Shown piece after piece: positions 39,026 through 51,256 of a DNA stretch of 64,000 bases. This DNA comes from Eutreptiella sp. 'Long Island Sound 2002' (lineage: Eukaryota > Protista > Euglenida). A program made the translations under genes and the position numbers. Below the pieces are notes generated by a model. The model saw nothing but the letters and a program-made list of their open reading frames with translations. It made no database searches and was not told where the DNA came from. Every line of letters begins with the position of its first letter. The first letter of the stretch is position 1. The stretch covers positions 10,664,001 through 10,728,000 of the forward strand of contig OZ038378.1 in NCBI GenBank assembly GCA_964036045.1, in the 5' to 3' direction.

Positions 39026-42000
39026 AGAAACCAAATTGCCGCCGATCCCTTTTGGTCACAAGTACACAACAACACAAAGCGAAAGCCCAATCAACTGTGA
39101 ATGAATTGTGTGTCCTTCAAAGAGTAGGGGTGCCCCTACTCCTTGCTGAAGGCCGAAGGGCCAACAACAGCACAAATGTAGTTCCGCTTCAGTTGCTTGC
39201 AACCGGAACAAGGCGTACAGACGAATCGTGTGTCCATCAAAGGGGGCAGGGGGTGTCTGAATTCAGCTTGGCCGTTGTATAGCAACTTTTTGTAACGAGA
39301 GGGAGGGTGATGCAGTAGCTCCAGCGACCGCCCCCACGTCATCCCCTCAGTGCTGCACCTGATGAGCACAGTGTTCAATTGTTCTGCCTCCTATGCCTCC
39401 TACGGGTGTGGTCAAGACCCTCCCTGCTCAGCAACTTCACAACACTAGACCAAACCAGAACCCCCAAATCACCCCAGTACTTGGTGTAGTGCTGCACAGT
39501 GTAGAGCTTACATACTACTCTAGGAAATCTTTCAGAACAAACACTCAGGTCGTGCCACTTTTACCATTTCTTCCACGCCCCGGCACGAGGTACAACATGA
39601 TTGGGTCAAGACTGAGTACTTCTGCCCCCCCCCCTTGCTATGACTACTAGGTTTGTGTAGCTTCCTTTCAGTTTCGTTACTTTCAAACTGCAATGTGTTC
39701 TCAAGGATGATTGCTGCTCTGCCTTTGTTGTATGTGCTGGACCCCATCTTGCATGTGACATGTATGGTCCCAGACAGTCCACGATTTGCACATACAACGC
39801 CCTTGTCCAAGCAACACTAGGCATTTTTTCCGTCAATTTCTGGGCCCGGCCATTGTTTGTGCAAAGGGGGGCAGTGGGGCTAAAACTATGTGGTAACGGT
39901 TCTCATACCGTGGGAGAATGTCGTGGAGACATGAGATGGATGCTCCCTGCAGAGGGGGGGTGCAGATGCAAGCCGGTGTATTTTCAATATTCGGGGGCAC
40001 ATTGGGGTGCTGCCAAGTGCTGCTTTGCCCTAGCCTTTGGTGGTGCTTCGGGTGCACGCTTCAGCTTTAGCTTGGGCTCGGGCTTCAGCACCTTCGAGTT
40101 GGGAGGGGGTGCCCCTTCATCCTGATGCTGCAGGATGAATCGGACTACCTTTGCCAACGCACTGGCACCGCAATTTACTCCCAGTTTCAATACAATGAGG
40201 GACTGATTGCGAATGTCTCTTGCAGACCAAGCAATCGTTCCAAAAGTATCCGGTCCTTGGTGCTCCTTTGCTGCCATACCCGGCTTCCACCCATGGGCCT
40301 CCCCTGAACAACCAGAGCCCTCCTTCCAACGTGTACAAACAACACGGCGCAGAAGCAACTTTGACTTTGGTGTGTCCAAACCCTGAAAGTGCACACAAGA
40401 CAGGGCGGGAAGTCTAGGCCGGCGAAGAAGTAGGGCTTTAAACTGCTTCCGCACTGCATTCAGTGCGACGCAGGTCACTCGAGATGATGTTATGCCAGTC
40501 GGGCTGGATCAGAAAGCACAAGGGCTGTGACTGTTGTTGCAAGAGAGCGCCACCCTTCCACGGATCCAATGTGTCGCCGGGCCCACGGAGCCCAGCACCT
40601 CCCACTTTTTTCCCAAGTGGATTCAGAGACACCAAGTGTTTGAAATTCGGTGGGTATCAACGAAGTGGATAGCTCGGCGAAGGGCTTGGCGAGAGGCCCC
40701 CGGGGCCAATGCTCCTGAGGGCTGCCTGAGCCCAGCTGGTGTGTCATTTTGACCGCGTTGGCGAGAGACCGAGGGGCGGGAGGGGGGCGGCTGCCGAGTT
40801 CGCCACGGACAGAGGGCGGAGAGGGTGGCCTTGGGCCTCGCTTGTGAGGGGCCCGACAAGCTGCAATCCCCCATGACATGGATGGGGCAGGCCATGAGCG
40901 GGGCTGGATGGCGCGATAGGCACGGATGTACGCGTGGGTGCGGGCCTGGTCCGCACGACCACGTGCTGCTGCGCAGGGGTACTGTTCCACATGCAACCGG
41001 CCCCTTCCTGCCTCCCTCCGTGCCAATCAGGACTGCACGCGGTCCCTCACCACAATTCCTTCGGCCACCTTTTGCAGCGGCGTGCCATTGGCCCCCGGCA
41101 GATCAGGGCATGGCCCCGTGGGCAGCCGGTGCAGCCTCGCTCCACGACGTTGGGCGGCGCGCATGTTGTCTGGGGCTTTGGGGGGGGGGGGGGTGGTCAG
41201 ATGTGCCCAACGCACCTGCCTTCATTGCCACGGCCTTCATTGCCCATTGCCTGCGGTCCAGAGCTGGCGCTGTGTCAAATCCACAAAGCTGCATGTCAGT
41301 CGTTGAGTCGTTGAGGGGTAAGGCGAGTGGGGGGTGGGGGGGGCACAAGGCCTCGGTATTAGGTTGTTTGCCTTTGGCGGCGCCTATTGGCCTCTCACCC
41401 TTGCCCATCCTGACCCTCTGTGGGCCCGAACGTGTTTTGGTTGTGTCAACGGAGCCCCTGGATGACGTGTCCTGTTTGACTACTGCGGGGTTGGCTGTCC
41501 CGGAGACGGGCTGTTGCCCGTGCCGTTGACCAGGTGCATCCAGATACACACCCCGAGTCCATGCTGGGTTTGCTGACTCCACCACTGACTTGTGCGCGCT
41601 GGGGTGTGCATCTGCAGGGGGCTTGGGGGGGCTTCGTGCCAACGGTAGGAGATGGCCACCGTGAGCGACCCCCAGACTGCTGGATTTGGGGGGGGGGGGG
41701 TCCAACCGCACAGCAGGGGCCGGGGGGGCAGAGCTCCTTTGCCCATAGATCAGCAAAGGAAGGGCGCAGCCCAAAAAGGGTCTACGTGGAACTTGCAAGA
41801 GGGGGCATCGGTTCGCGGCTCCGAATAGCTCTTTCCACGAAGACCCCGAGTGTCCACGTGCGTTTGCACACCAGCAGTTCGAAGTTCACTGACAAGCCCT
41901 GAGGTATGGTCTGGGCTCAGTGGCACCTTCCCCTGTCCTTCTCTGGGGGGGTAGGGGAGGCACACACCCACGACCCAGTCCTATCTCTGTCGTCCCAGCA

Positions 42001-43149
42001 CCGACGAGTATCGCACAGAATCTCTCAGCAAAACATGTGCGCCCCGGCCGCAGTGGAGATGACAACGTCCAAAGGTGGGTCTCCATACCATCAGGTCACC
42101 CGGCAGTTCCATGACATCGCGCTGCGACCCCCTGGGGCGCTTGGGGGGGGGGGGGGGTTGTTGGCATGTCGCCTTGATGTATTGTGCTCGTCTGCTTTGG
42201 GGGGTGATTCCGAGGGCGGCTGCCCATGGCGCAGTACCACTCGCCAACACTTTGTGCGGCACTACCACAACCCCCAAGTGGTCACAACGTGGCCGATTCT
42301 CCAGTTTCTCTGACGTTTAGTGTGAGGACAGGTACCGTTTTCGTTGTCGCTCGCCGACGTCTCTCCTGATGTAGGCATCACTACTGCATGTCCGTTCGGC
42401 ACGCCCCTCGGTCACACAGCCGCACCCCAACACGCATCTTCATGCATTTCGTCCGGGCACGCTGCCACACAATGCGCCATGCCTGCAATCCCTTCGATGT
42501 TCGAGATAGACAGACGGCGTGAACACGAAAGGCCTTTGGCATCAGTCCTGAATCAGCCTTCAGCAGCTGTGGAGCTGGGGGCAGGGCGGCGGGACGACCC
42601 GTGTACCCCTTGTCCCAATGAGCCTCACGCTAGTCTTTTGGATCAAATGACATGACCCGCTCCTCAGAACAAGAAGCAGAACACAAGAGGGGGCTTTGCT
42701 CCGATGGCCCATCAGTGTGCGGCATGAGCCAGACGTGAGGAATAACATCAACAGAACGACAGCCATGAGCCACGGGTCCCAGTAAGAACAAACACATAAA
42801 CCAAATGTTAGGGCAAACTCAGGGGCACAATAGCAATCAAACAAAACCGTAGCACACAACCCCCGGATGGGTCACCGGGACCGGGTACATTGCTGCCCGC
42901 CCAGCGCAGCAGCGTGTCCTTCTGGGGGCCAGCCCGTTAGGGGCTCGGCAGGGGCCCTGAGACAACAGCGGGGCTGTCCAAAACACTGGGAAGGGGGCCT
43001 TTGGCTGCACAGGGGGCGACCCCTCTGCACAGCCCGGAGGCAAAACAAGACCCGGAAGGGAACAACAAACACAACGCGCCTCGCAGGCAATTTGAAGGGA
43101 AGCGGGCCAGGGCCTCGTGCCAAATAACGCCAGCACGGCCGAACACGCT

Positions 43150-44505
43150 CTACTTCCACGCCGTGAAGTACGCCACAAGCCCCAGCTGCTCTTTCGCCGC
43201 CTCAAACCACTGCCGACCGGCCTCACAGCAGACGGCCCCGTGCCACTCCACCCTCGTGAACCCCACCCTCAACAACGTCTCCCGGATGGTGCCACGGGAC
43301 CACAGGACGTTGGGGAATGTCACCGTGGCGGTCTTGTGCGCATCGAACAGCGTGAGGCTCACGCAGGTGCCGTCACTCAACGCCCCACCGCCGTCCCATG
43401 AGAACTCGTACCCCACCACATCGGATCGCGTGGGGGGCGCATTGGAGGCACTGGGGGGCGCCAAATCCGTGGTGCACGCGGTGGTGATGGACACGAAGCG
43501 CCCGTTGGGGGCGAGCACGTCGTACGCGCAGCGGCAGAACGCCGTCAGCTCGTCCAGGCACGCGGCGTACGGGAGCAGGTACTGCGCGGTCACGACGTCG
43601 CAGGACGCCTGGCCGAGGGCGGGGACGTAGGCAGACGTGTCGCTGGCGGCCGCCTGCACATAGGCCAGCTGGTCCGAGGCACATCCGTAGCTCTCATCGA
43701 GGCGCCGCGCCTCTGCAATCTGTTCCTTGGACACATCGACCCCCACGACGCGCTTCGCCCCTGAGGCGACATCGAGGGGATGTGAGGGAACCCCATGCCG
43801 TGCACCTCACCCCATGACCGCCTCAGGACCCCCCCCCCCCTGAGGTTTCTGGTACCCATTGCCGGAAATACCCGAGCCGATGACACCCTATCAAGCACCA
43901 ACGGTCCCCAAGAAAATTTTGGCTCGCTGCGGCATGCTGCGGCATGCTTCAAGCTGTTGGTCAAGGGTACCATCATTTTCCATTGACCCTATCCATTTGG
44001 TTAGGGGCGGTGCGTGAGTCAGACTACCTGGGCCGCATACCCAACTGTTCGGGGGTGCCTGAACCCCCCCTCCTCTTCATGCCCCCTGGGAACCCCCCCC
44101 CCCCGGCACCTGGGGCCTGAAGGAGGCCTTGGCCATAGCATGAGGCAGCCAGGGAGTGGAGGTCACGGGACCCAGACCCCGCCCCCCGGCCCCCTATCCC
44201 CTGCAGACGCGGGGGTTGTACATTTGGCGATGAGTAGCAAACGGCAGATCCATGAGCAAGAAATCGAGGAGGGGACCTTTCAGATGCATGTTCCGTGAGT
44301 AGTGCCCAGTGCCGCAGGCCAAGTCCAGTATCACCAGCCCTTTAGGGTCGCCGAGCGCGGCCCAGAACGTCGGCTCTTCAGAGAAGCGCTTGAATTCGGA
44401 GGCATTCTTGTACGAGGCATACGTCACGGCGATGGAGTCATAGATGGCGGGGCTGTCGGAGGGCGGGGCCTGAGGCTCCACCGAACCTTCTTGCCTACTC
44501 GCCAT
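43150..44505 (-). CDS. Class I SAM-dependent methyltransferase (bacterial ToxA-like / Methyltransf_25-type); 2 exons, join(44505-44277, 43760-43150), ~279 aa
   Basis: IYDSIAVTY...EEPTFWAALGDPKGLVILDLACGTGHYSRNMHLK|GAKRVVGVDVSKEQIAEAR covers motif I and post-I. CDVVTAQYLLPYA and LAPNGRFV follow. The intron is phase 1, AAAG|gtcccc...cctcag|GG. Stop is TAG at 43150. Confidence 0.9.
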
Positions 44506-44510
44506 GCTGC

Positions 44511-44530
44511 CTGTGCAAAACAAACACAGA
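44511..44530 (-). promoter_or_regulatory. Splice acceptor 5 nt upstream of the methyltransferase ATG (candidate trans-splice acceptor)
   Basis: Minus strand reads gtgtttgttttgcacag|gcagcATG. Confidence 0.5.
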
Positions 44531-47500
44531 GCAGGCACGGTGTTGGTGGCTGTATGCCATGCAACCCGTCACCAGTCCCCAGAGGGGGGGCAATCCATTC
44601 ACGATGCGCGGAAGTACCTGCTGAAGTACAACAGCAATGTTCAACTTGCATGCCAGGCCTGCTTTCAGCAGTTCTCGCGACATGCAAACTGGGAACTGTG
44701 CAACTGCAAAGAGCCAACATGGAAAGTTAGGCCGCAATATGGGACCACCTCTTCCGGTGCTATCTGTTGCTGGTCTTGAGGGGCATACTAGCTTCACTCA
44801 AACTTGCTGGGTGCAGGAAAGCTGGCACTCACACGGCCATACCCTGTCCGTTTGTACGAGCCTAAGCCTTCATCTGGTCCTTCTAGCTCTCTGTCTCTCT
44901 CTATGTGCAAAAAAACTTTCCCATTTGCAGGACGGCTGGTATGGGGCCTTTAGAACCGCCCAAGCCATCTCCCACCTCCAGGCCGCCCTTGTCGCACCTT
45001 GAAAAACATACTGCGCATCAGTGCAAATGATAGAACCGTAGCCAAATATTCCAATGCCTGCCCCCCCCCCCCCCCCCTGGCGAGAACAACACTAGAGTCC
45101 CAAAATCTGACGGAAACAACACCTATTGTTGGTGTTGTTCTCGCAAAGGCGGGGGGGGGGGGGGTTACAGATGCGTGAAGCTCTGCCACATTCCATGTTT
45201 TGCAGCTATTGAACAAAAGATCCGAAAAGCAGGCAACGTTATGGGGCAAGCCAATATGGACGGCACAATGGACCATGAGTCCAAACGTAAAGCTATATTG
45301 TATATGGTCTGCAGCAAAGAAATGGAACGGAATACCCGTGTTTAAAATCAGAGCCTGTTTTGTTTTCCTGTTAAAATGATCGCAGACTTTGATAGGTTGA
45401 CTTGGGAGCTTTGCGTATTCAGACAAAAAGGATCAGGGCATCCAGAGTTGTGCACACAAATAAAGAAGCCGTAGTGGAATCTTTCTTAGCAACAACCAGA
45501 TTTGAGAAAAACATAAGAACATGACAAAGCAAATACAGATGGGCACACCTGCTGAATCTTACGTACCACCACAGAGGTAAGGACAGCAAAAAGGGATTGG
45601 GGACAGCAGGCACCCTGGTGAATTCCTGACTTTGGGAGAACCCGATGTTCCAGATCGAGAATAGGAGGGGGGGGGCTGGGGTTAGAGCCCTCAAATACAC
45701 AGTCAGTCAAAAACAGAGCTTGATCAAAAAGTCTATTGACTTCAGCAAGGCAGCTCAAAGAGGGGTGCAGAGCAGCTACACTCCAGGCTTTTGGGGGGCC
45801 CTAGATACATGGGTGCTCGCTACTTGGGTGCTCACAGGTGCTACACCACCCGTATTGGTACCCAATGGTGACCCAAGCCCATCCCAAAGCCCTCAGCAAG
45901 CCCATCCCAAGCCCTCGGACGGTTGTCGAAAAAGGTGATTTTCAAATTTTTTTCAAGTGCTACTGCACAACCTAAAAGCTGCAGAGCCCCCACCACCCAA
46001 ACCAAAACCACACACAATGGGGGGTCAGAAAAACTTTTGGCTCCAAATAAAAAAATTCTCAATAATTCATGGTTTTGGAGTAAAAAAGAAAAGGGGGGGG
46101 GGGTCAAATTATTGGACCTTCGAAAAAAAGTGGTACACAGCTACAAGAGGGCAGAAGGGTCAAAATCAGAAATTCATTGGGGGGACAAAATGGTGAAAAA
46201 TGTAACTCGTGTACAAACAAATCGTCTGCGCGTAATTTTTTTTGCGATAAGTTCGTGTAATACTTTTTTACTCTAAAGGCGAGTAAAAAAAAATTTCAGG
46301 GTAATACCTCTTTGGCAATAGGTACAATTGCCGCACCCCATAGCGACCTTAATAATGGGACGCCGATGCAATTTTTTTTGGGAGGGGTGTAGGTCGCGTG
46401 TGGGAAAAAAATTGTTAGAAGAAAAAAAGGGGGGGACTACTAGAAAAATCACAAGAACCACCTAACAACTGCCATTGCTGCCGGAGGAGGTGAATTCTTT
46501 CGCCACCATGGACATTTTGGGTACCTCCGGCATGGGTAAAGAAATGGAGCCGTGGCATGAAGGGTGGTTTTTATGCTCATCGCTTAAACATGGCGGAAAG
46601 AAAGAAACAATGTTGGAGCACACCCATATGAGGTGCTCATCATGATTGCACACGGAAAATGCAATCTGCCCCTCAGCCTTTGGCAAGCGGTATCAAATGA
46701 CTATATTGTTGTTGGTGCCACCAGCTGCGAAGTTGCTGATACCACTTGAGTCAGGTCACCTCAGGCCAACTACATTCTTCCCATGCGACCATAATGGCGT
46801 GGAGCCAACTACAAGAAGTTGGCGAATACACGCTTAGAGTTGTCGATCAAATCAGACTTTGTGTTTGATGATTTAGGCATTGCACGCGGATTGGTGTTTT
46901 GTGCACAAGCATCACAAATATCCTTCACAAGGTACTGGTTCGGCTTATCAATAAACCTTTGGTCGTTCACCAACCGACCCTCTACGCCCTTTGCATACGC
47001 CTTGGGGACCTCGACTTGTTTCCCACGGATGACTTGTGGTGGGGTAAGAAGAGGCAAAGGAGTGTGGGGTTGGTGGTGGGGGGGGGGGGGGGCAACATTG
47101 CGCTTCACCGACTGCTCATTTGGTGTCGTGTCCCCGGAGTTGGACGTTGTGGAGGCAAGAGAATCTCCAACTTTCCACTCCAAGGATGAAGTAGCAATAT
47201 TGTCCTCGGGTTGTGAAAGAGGATCCTCTTCATCAAAAAGGAGGAGCAAAGTAGATTGGGGGGGGGGGGGGGCGGGGGTGGCACTCGGAGTTGGAGGCTG
47301 GGCTAGGAGGAGATTCTCTAGCCTCCCCGCAAGTCAGTTCCTCATCCTGTCTATTCTCCGGGATGGTGCCGGGCACTCGGACCAAAGAATGGCATTCCAC
47401 ATCCTGAAATGACGGGCCTACCTCCCAATGAGTAGGAGAAAAATAGGAAAAATTGTCTCGCTCTATGCGACACAAGTCATTGGGGGGGGGGGGGTCGACA

Positions 47501-47990
47501 GCAAGAGGGAAAGAGATGACAACAACACAGTCTTTCGTGTTTCGTGGGTAATGGTGGCACTATGAGAAAACCTCCTTGCACGTGGGGAGAAGAGAAACAA
47601 AGCTACAACATAGACAGAAGAGATAAAAAAACCAAGCCTCGGCCCTATAATATCCCCGATGCAATGAAATGCAAAAGAAATGTCGGCCCCGAACATACAC
47701 GGTGAAATAGCATGCATCTCTCCACCTCCGGCCCCAAGTGGTGGTTACCCCCTGTCAACAACTCATGGGAATAGAGGCACAAAGAAGCAAGCAACACCAC
47801 ACTATATGTGCCTTCAACGGGGTATCACCCATGCCGACATGGCGGATTGTGGCTGATTTATTGATGCCATCCTAACAACCCTCTGCACAGCGCAACAAAA
47901 GAACAATGATGATGGAATCAAAGGAATGAAAAAGTCAAAAGTGTGTACCCCAACCCTGCCCTGTCTAGGGTCCATCACCCAAGCCGGAGG

Positions 47991-49022
47991 GGCCACACAA
48001 GAGGCTGGGTGTCCTTAAGCCCAACTCCAAGGGCCAAACCGAAGCGTGTGAGTGCGTAGTTGCTACTCCAAGGGCCACACAAAAGTGTGGGAGTCCTTAA
48101 ACCCAACTAGAGGGGCCACACCGAAGCAAGGCAGTCCTTAGCCCCAACGCAAAGAGCTACACCCAAGCATGGGAGTCCTTAACCCCAACTCAAGGGGCCA
48201 CATCGAAGCTTGAGAGTCCTTAATCCCAACTCAAGGGGCCACACCAAAACGTGGGAGTCCTTAACCCCAACTCAAGGGCACACATTGAAGAGTGGGAGTC
48301 CTTAACCAATACTAAAGAGGCCACACCCAAGGGTGGGAGTCCTTAACCCCAATTTAAGAGGCAACGACGAAGCGTGGGAGTCCTTAACCCCAACGCAAAG
48401 GGCCACACCGATGCGTGGGAGTGCTTAACCCCAAATCAAGGGCCCACACATAGCGTGGGAGCCCTTAACACACGAAAAAACTGCGAGTCTCGAACCCCAA
48501 CTCAAGGTGCCACACCAAAGAGTGGGAGTCATCAACCCCAACTACTGGGGCCACACCGAAGCGGGGGCGTCCTTAACCCCAACTTAGTGGGTCACGCAAA
48601 CAGCTGAGACTACTTAACCACAACTCAAGAGGCCACACTCAAGGGGCCACACCAAAGCGTGTGAGTCCTTAACCCCAAATTAGAGGGCCACACCAAAGTG
48701 TGGGAGTCCTTAGCCCCAACCCAAAGGGCCACACCAAAACATTGAAAGCCTAAACACCAACCGGAGAGGCCACACTGAACCATGAACCTTAACCCGAACT
48801 CAAAGGGTCACACCGAAGCGTGATAGTCCTTATCCCTAGCTCAAGAGGAAACACTGAAGCGTGGGGGTCCTTAACCTCAACGCACAGGGCCACACCGATG
48901 CGTGGGAGTGCTTAACCCCATATCAAGGGCCCCCACAAAGCGTGGGAGTCCTTAACCCCAACTCAAGGGACCGCCCCGAAGCGTGGGAATCTTTAACCCC
49001 AACTCAAGGGCCCACACCGAAG
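47991..49022. repeat. Satellite of ~41-bp monomers (~25 copies), consensus GTGGGAGTCCTTAACCCCAACTCAAGGGGCCACACCGAAGC
   Basis: Contiguous divergent monomers with no spacers, counted by hand. Confidence 0.95.
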
Positions 49023-51256
49023 TATACAGCGCTTGCACCTGTGCTTGATCTAACAACCCTCTTAAAGGTGATCACCCCCTCACAAAAGGGCCCGTAAAGA
49101 GAGTAAACGCATTGGCACGTGGGGCCCAGGTGCATAAGAAGGGCAGCACATCCGGTGCCGAATACAAATTCTGGGTCAGGTGCCACAATAGACGGATGGC
49201 TTGAGGAAGGGTTCTCCGGTTACCTCTAGGGGCCGGGCCCAATGACCTAGTGGCTACATATCCCTTTCCACATCGGGGCTGGCTTTATAGAGATGCAGAG
49301 TGGCTACATCTCCCCCATCGCCATATCGGGGCGCTGAAATGGCAGAAACATTCAACACAACACAGCACAACATAACGATTTCGCCAAATAGCCTGACGGC
49401 ACATGCACCGCATCAGGTGCCCCAATACACTCCATGGCTTGATGGATTGGGCTACACCTACCCCGGGATTGAGATGGCACAGCCTCAACACTGTTAGTGC
49501 AGTGGGGCACCACTGCAGCTGAGACAAAATTGAAGCAACAAGAGCAGCCCTTCAGCGTCTGCCTTGGCACAAAGATCTGCCTAGAGTACGGGTAAGAAGC
49601 ACAGAGACGTGCCATGGGACAGAGCTCTGATTGCGTTGTGCAACTGCCCCAGACCTGCCACAGCACAGCAAGTGAATGCAGCAAATCCCAATGCCAGCCA
49701 ATAAAGTCAAATGTGCTATGATACAGGCCGCTGGTCGACTGCTCAGGCGTGGGTATGGAGCGTCTGCAAGAAGCACTTTAGATTTCTCGATGTTGTGTTG
49801 GTATACTCTGTCTTTATTCCCAGTCCACAGTACACATCAGCTTCGTCAGACGTGATCATGTGTTTGCCGGGCATCTCAGTCTGGCTGCGTTCCTTGGAGG
49901 GGGGTGGGGTATTCATTTGAACCCCCCCCCCCCCACAAGCTTGCAACACGGACACATTGTGATATTTTATGTTTGTCATGGGTCTTGTTGCTGCTACCGC
50001 CGCCGCTGCTACTTCTGTTGTTATTGGTTGTTGTTATTTGTTGTTGCTGTTGCACCCCAAAAAAGCCGATGTCTGGCCGGCCATGGCAGACGCAAAACAG
50101 AAAGGGGCAGGCTCACGTGCCTACGACAACCAAGACAGGCCCGAAATGGCCTGAAATTGAGAGCTGGTGCTCCGTGACCACTGGCGTGCACCAACACCCC
50201 CCCACACATACTGAGGGGGGGCAGTGAGGGGGGGGTCAAGACAATCAACGCACTTACTCATCGGGTCGGTGCACACTTTCTGCGCACAAAACCCCCCACG
50301 TGCCCAGCAGGGCCTCAGCATCGAAATTGCCTCTGGGCTCCTTTGCCTCCCTACAGCACACGAACTCCTGCAGTAGAGCTTCAGGCCGGACGCCGAAGCC
50401 CCACGAGCCTGCAAAGCCGTTGCCCTGCATCGAACCAACAACAGTCCCGCCGAATTCCCGTATGCCTGAGCTCAGCAGAGCACTGACTGTCAGCTGGCCA
50501 CCAACCGCGGTCGGTAAGCACAAAGCCCACCCAAACCCTCAGGCTGTCCTACTGGCACTGATTTTGGGCGGAAGAGAGGGCTCCAGTGCTTAACCAAAAG
50601 ACAAGGGCCTCCTGGGGACCACGTCCACCTACTTCAGTCTACTGAAGGGGAAGGAGAGGAAAGGGGGGGGGGGGACCACACATTCAAATCACGGCACAGG
50701 GTACTACAGCAGCGGCTTGACTCTTGAACTGCGGGTTAGGGAGCAATGTACACGGGGTCAGGCATCCCAAGTGTTGGTAGGGGGGTCAGGGGACTTATCT
50801 GCGAATCAGTGCGGCCTGCTGACTGGTCAGGGGGAGGAAAGGAGGTCAAAATGCCTCTCCGGCACGGTCAGCCCCCTGACTTCATCTCCCCGGTGGGTGT
50901 GGGTTTGGGGGGGTCAAGGCAGGAGGATTGAAGGGCGTTGCCCATCGTGGTGGCTGTCCCCAACCCCCCTTATGCTGCATCAGCCCTACCTCATGGGCTT
51001 GGTCCTTCCTTCCCCAACACAGAAGGCCAACCCCCCCTTTGGGGAGACTGTTCATTCTACCCCAACTGCTTCTGACCGCCCTTAACGGCCCATCAGCCAT
51101 TTCACAACCGCCAACTCTTGCTTCTCAACCGCTTTTCCGACCGCTGGTAACCGCTTTGGTGACCACTTTTGAAACACGCTTGCGCCTCCTGCTCCCTCAA
51201 GCGCCCTCCCCGCCATCAAAGCATGTCAGGCACCAGAGCACAACAGTGTGCGACAG

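Noticed and set aside
47991-49022. CRISPR-like appearance of the 41-bp array
   Set aside because: The monomers are contiguous with no unique spacers, no cas genes were seen, and the context is eukaryotic.
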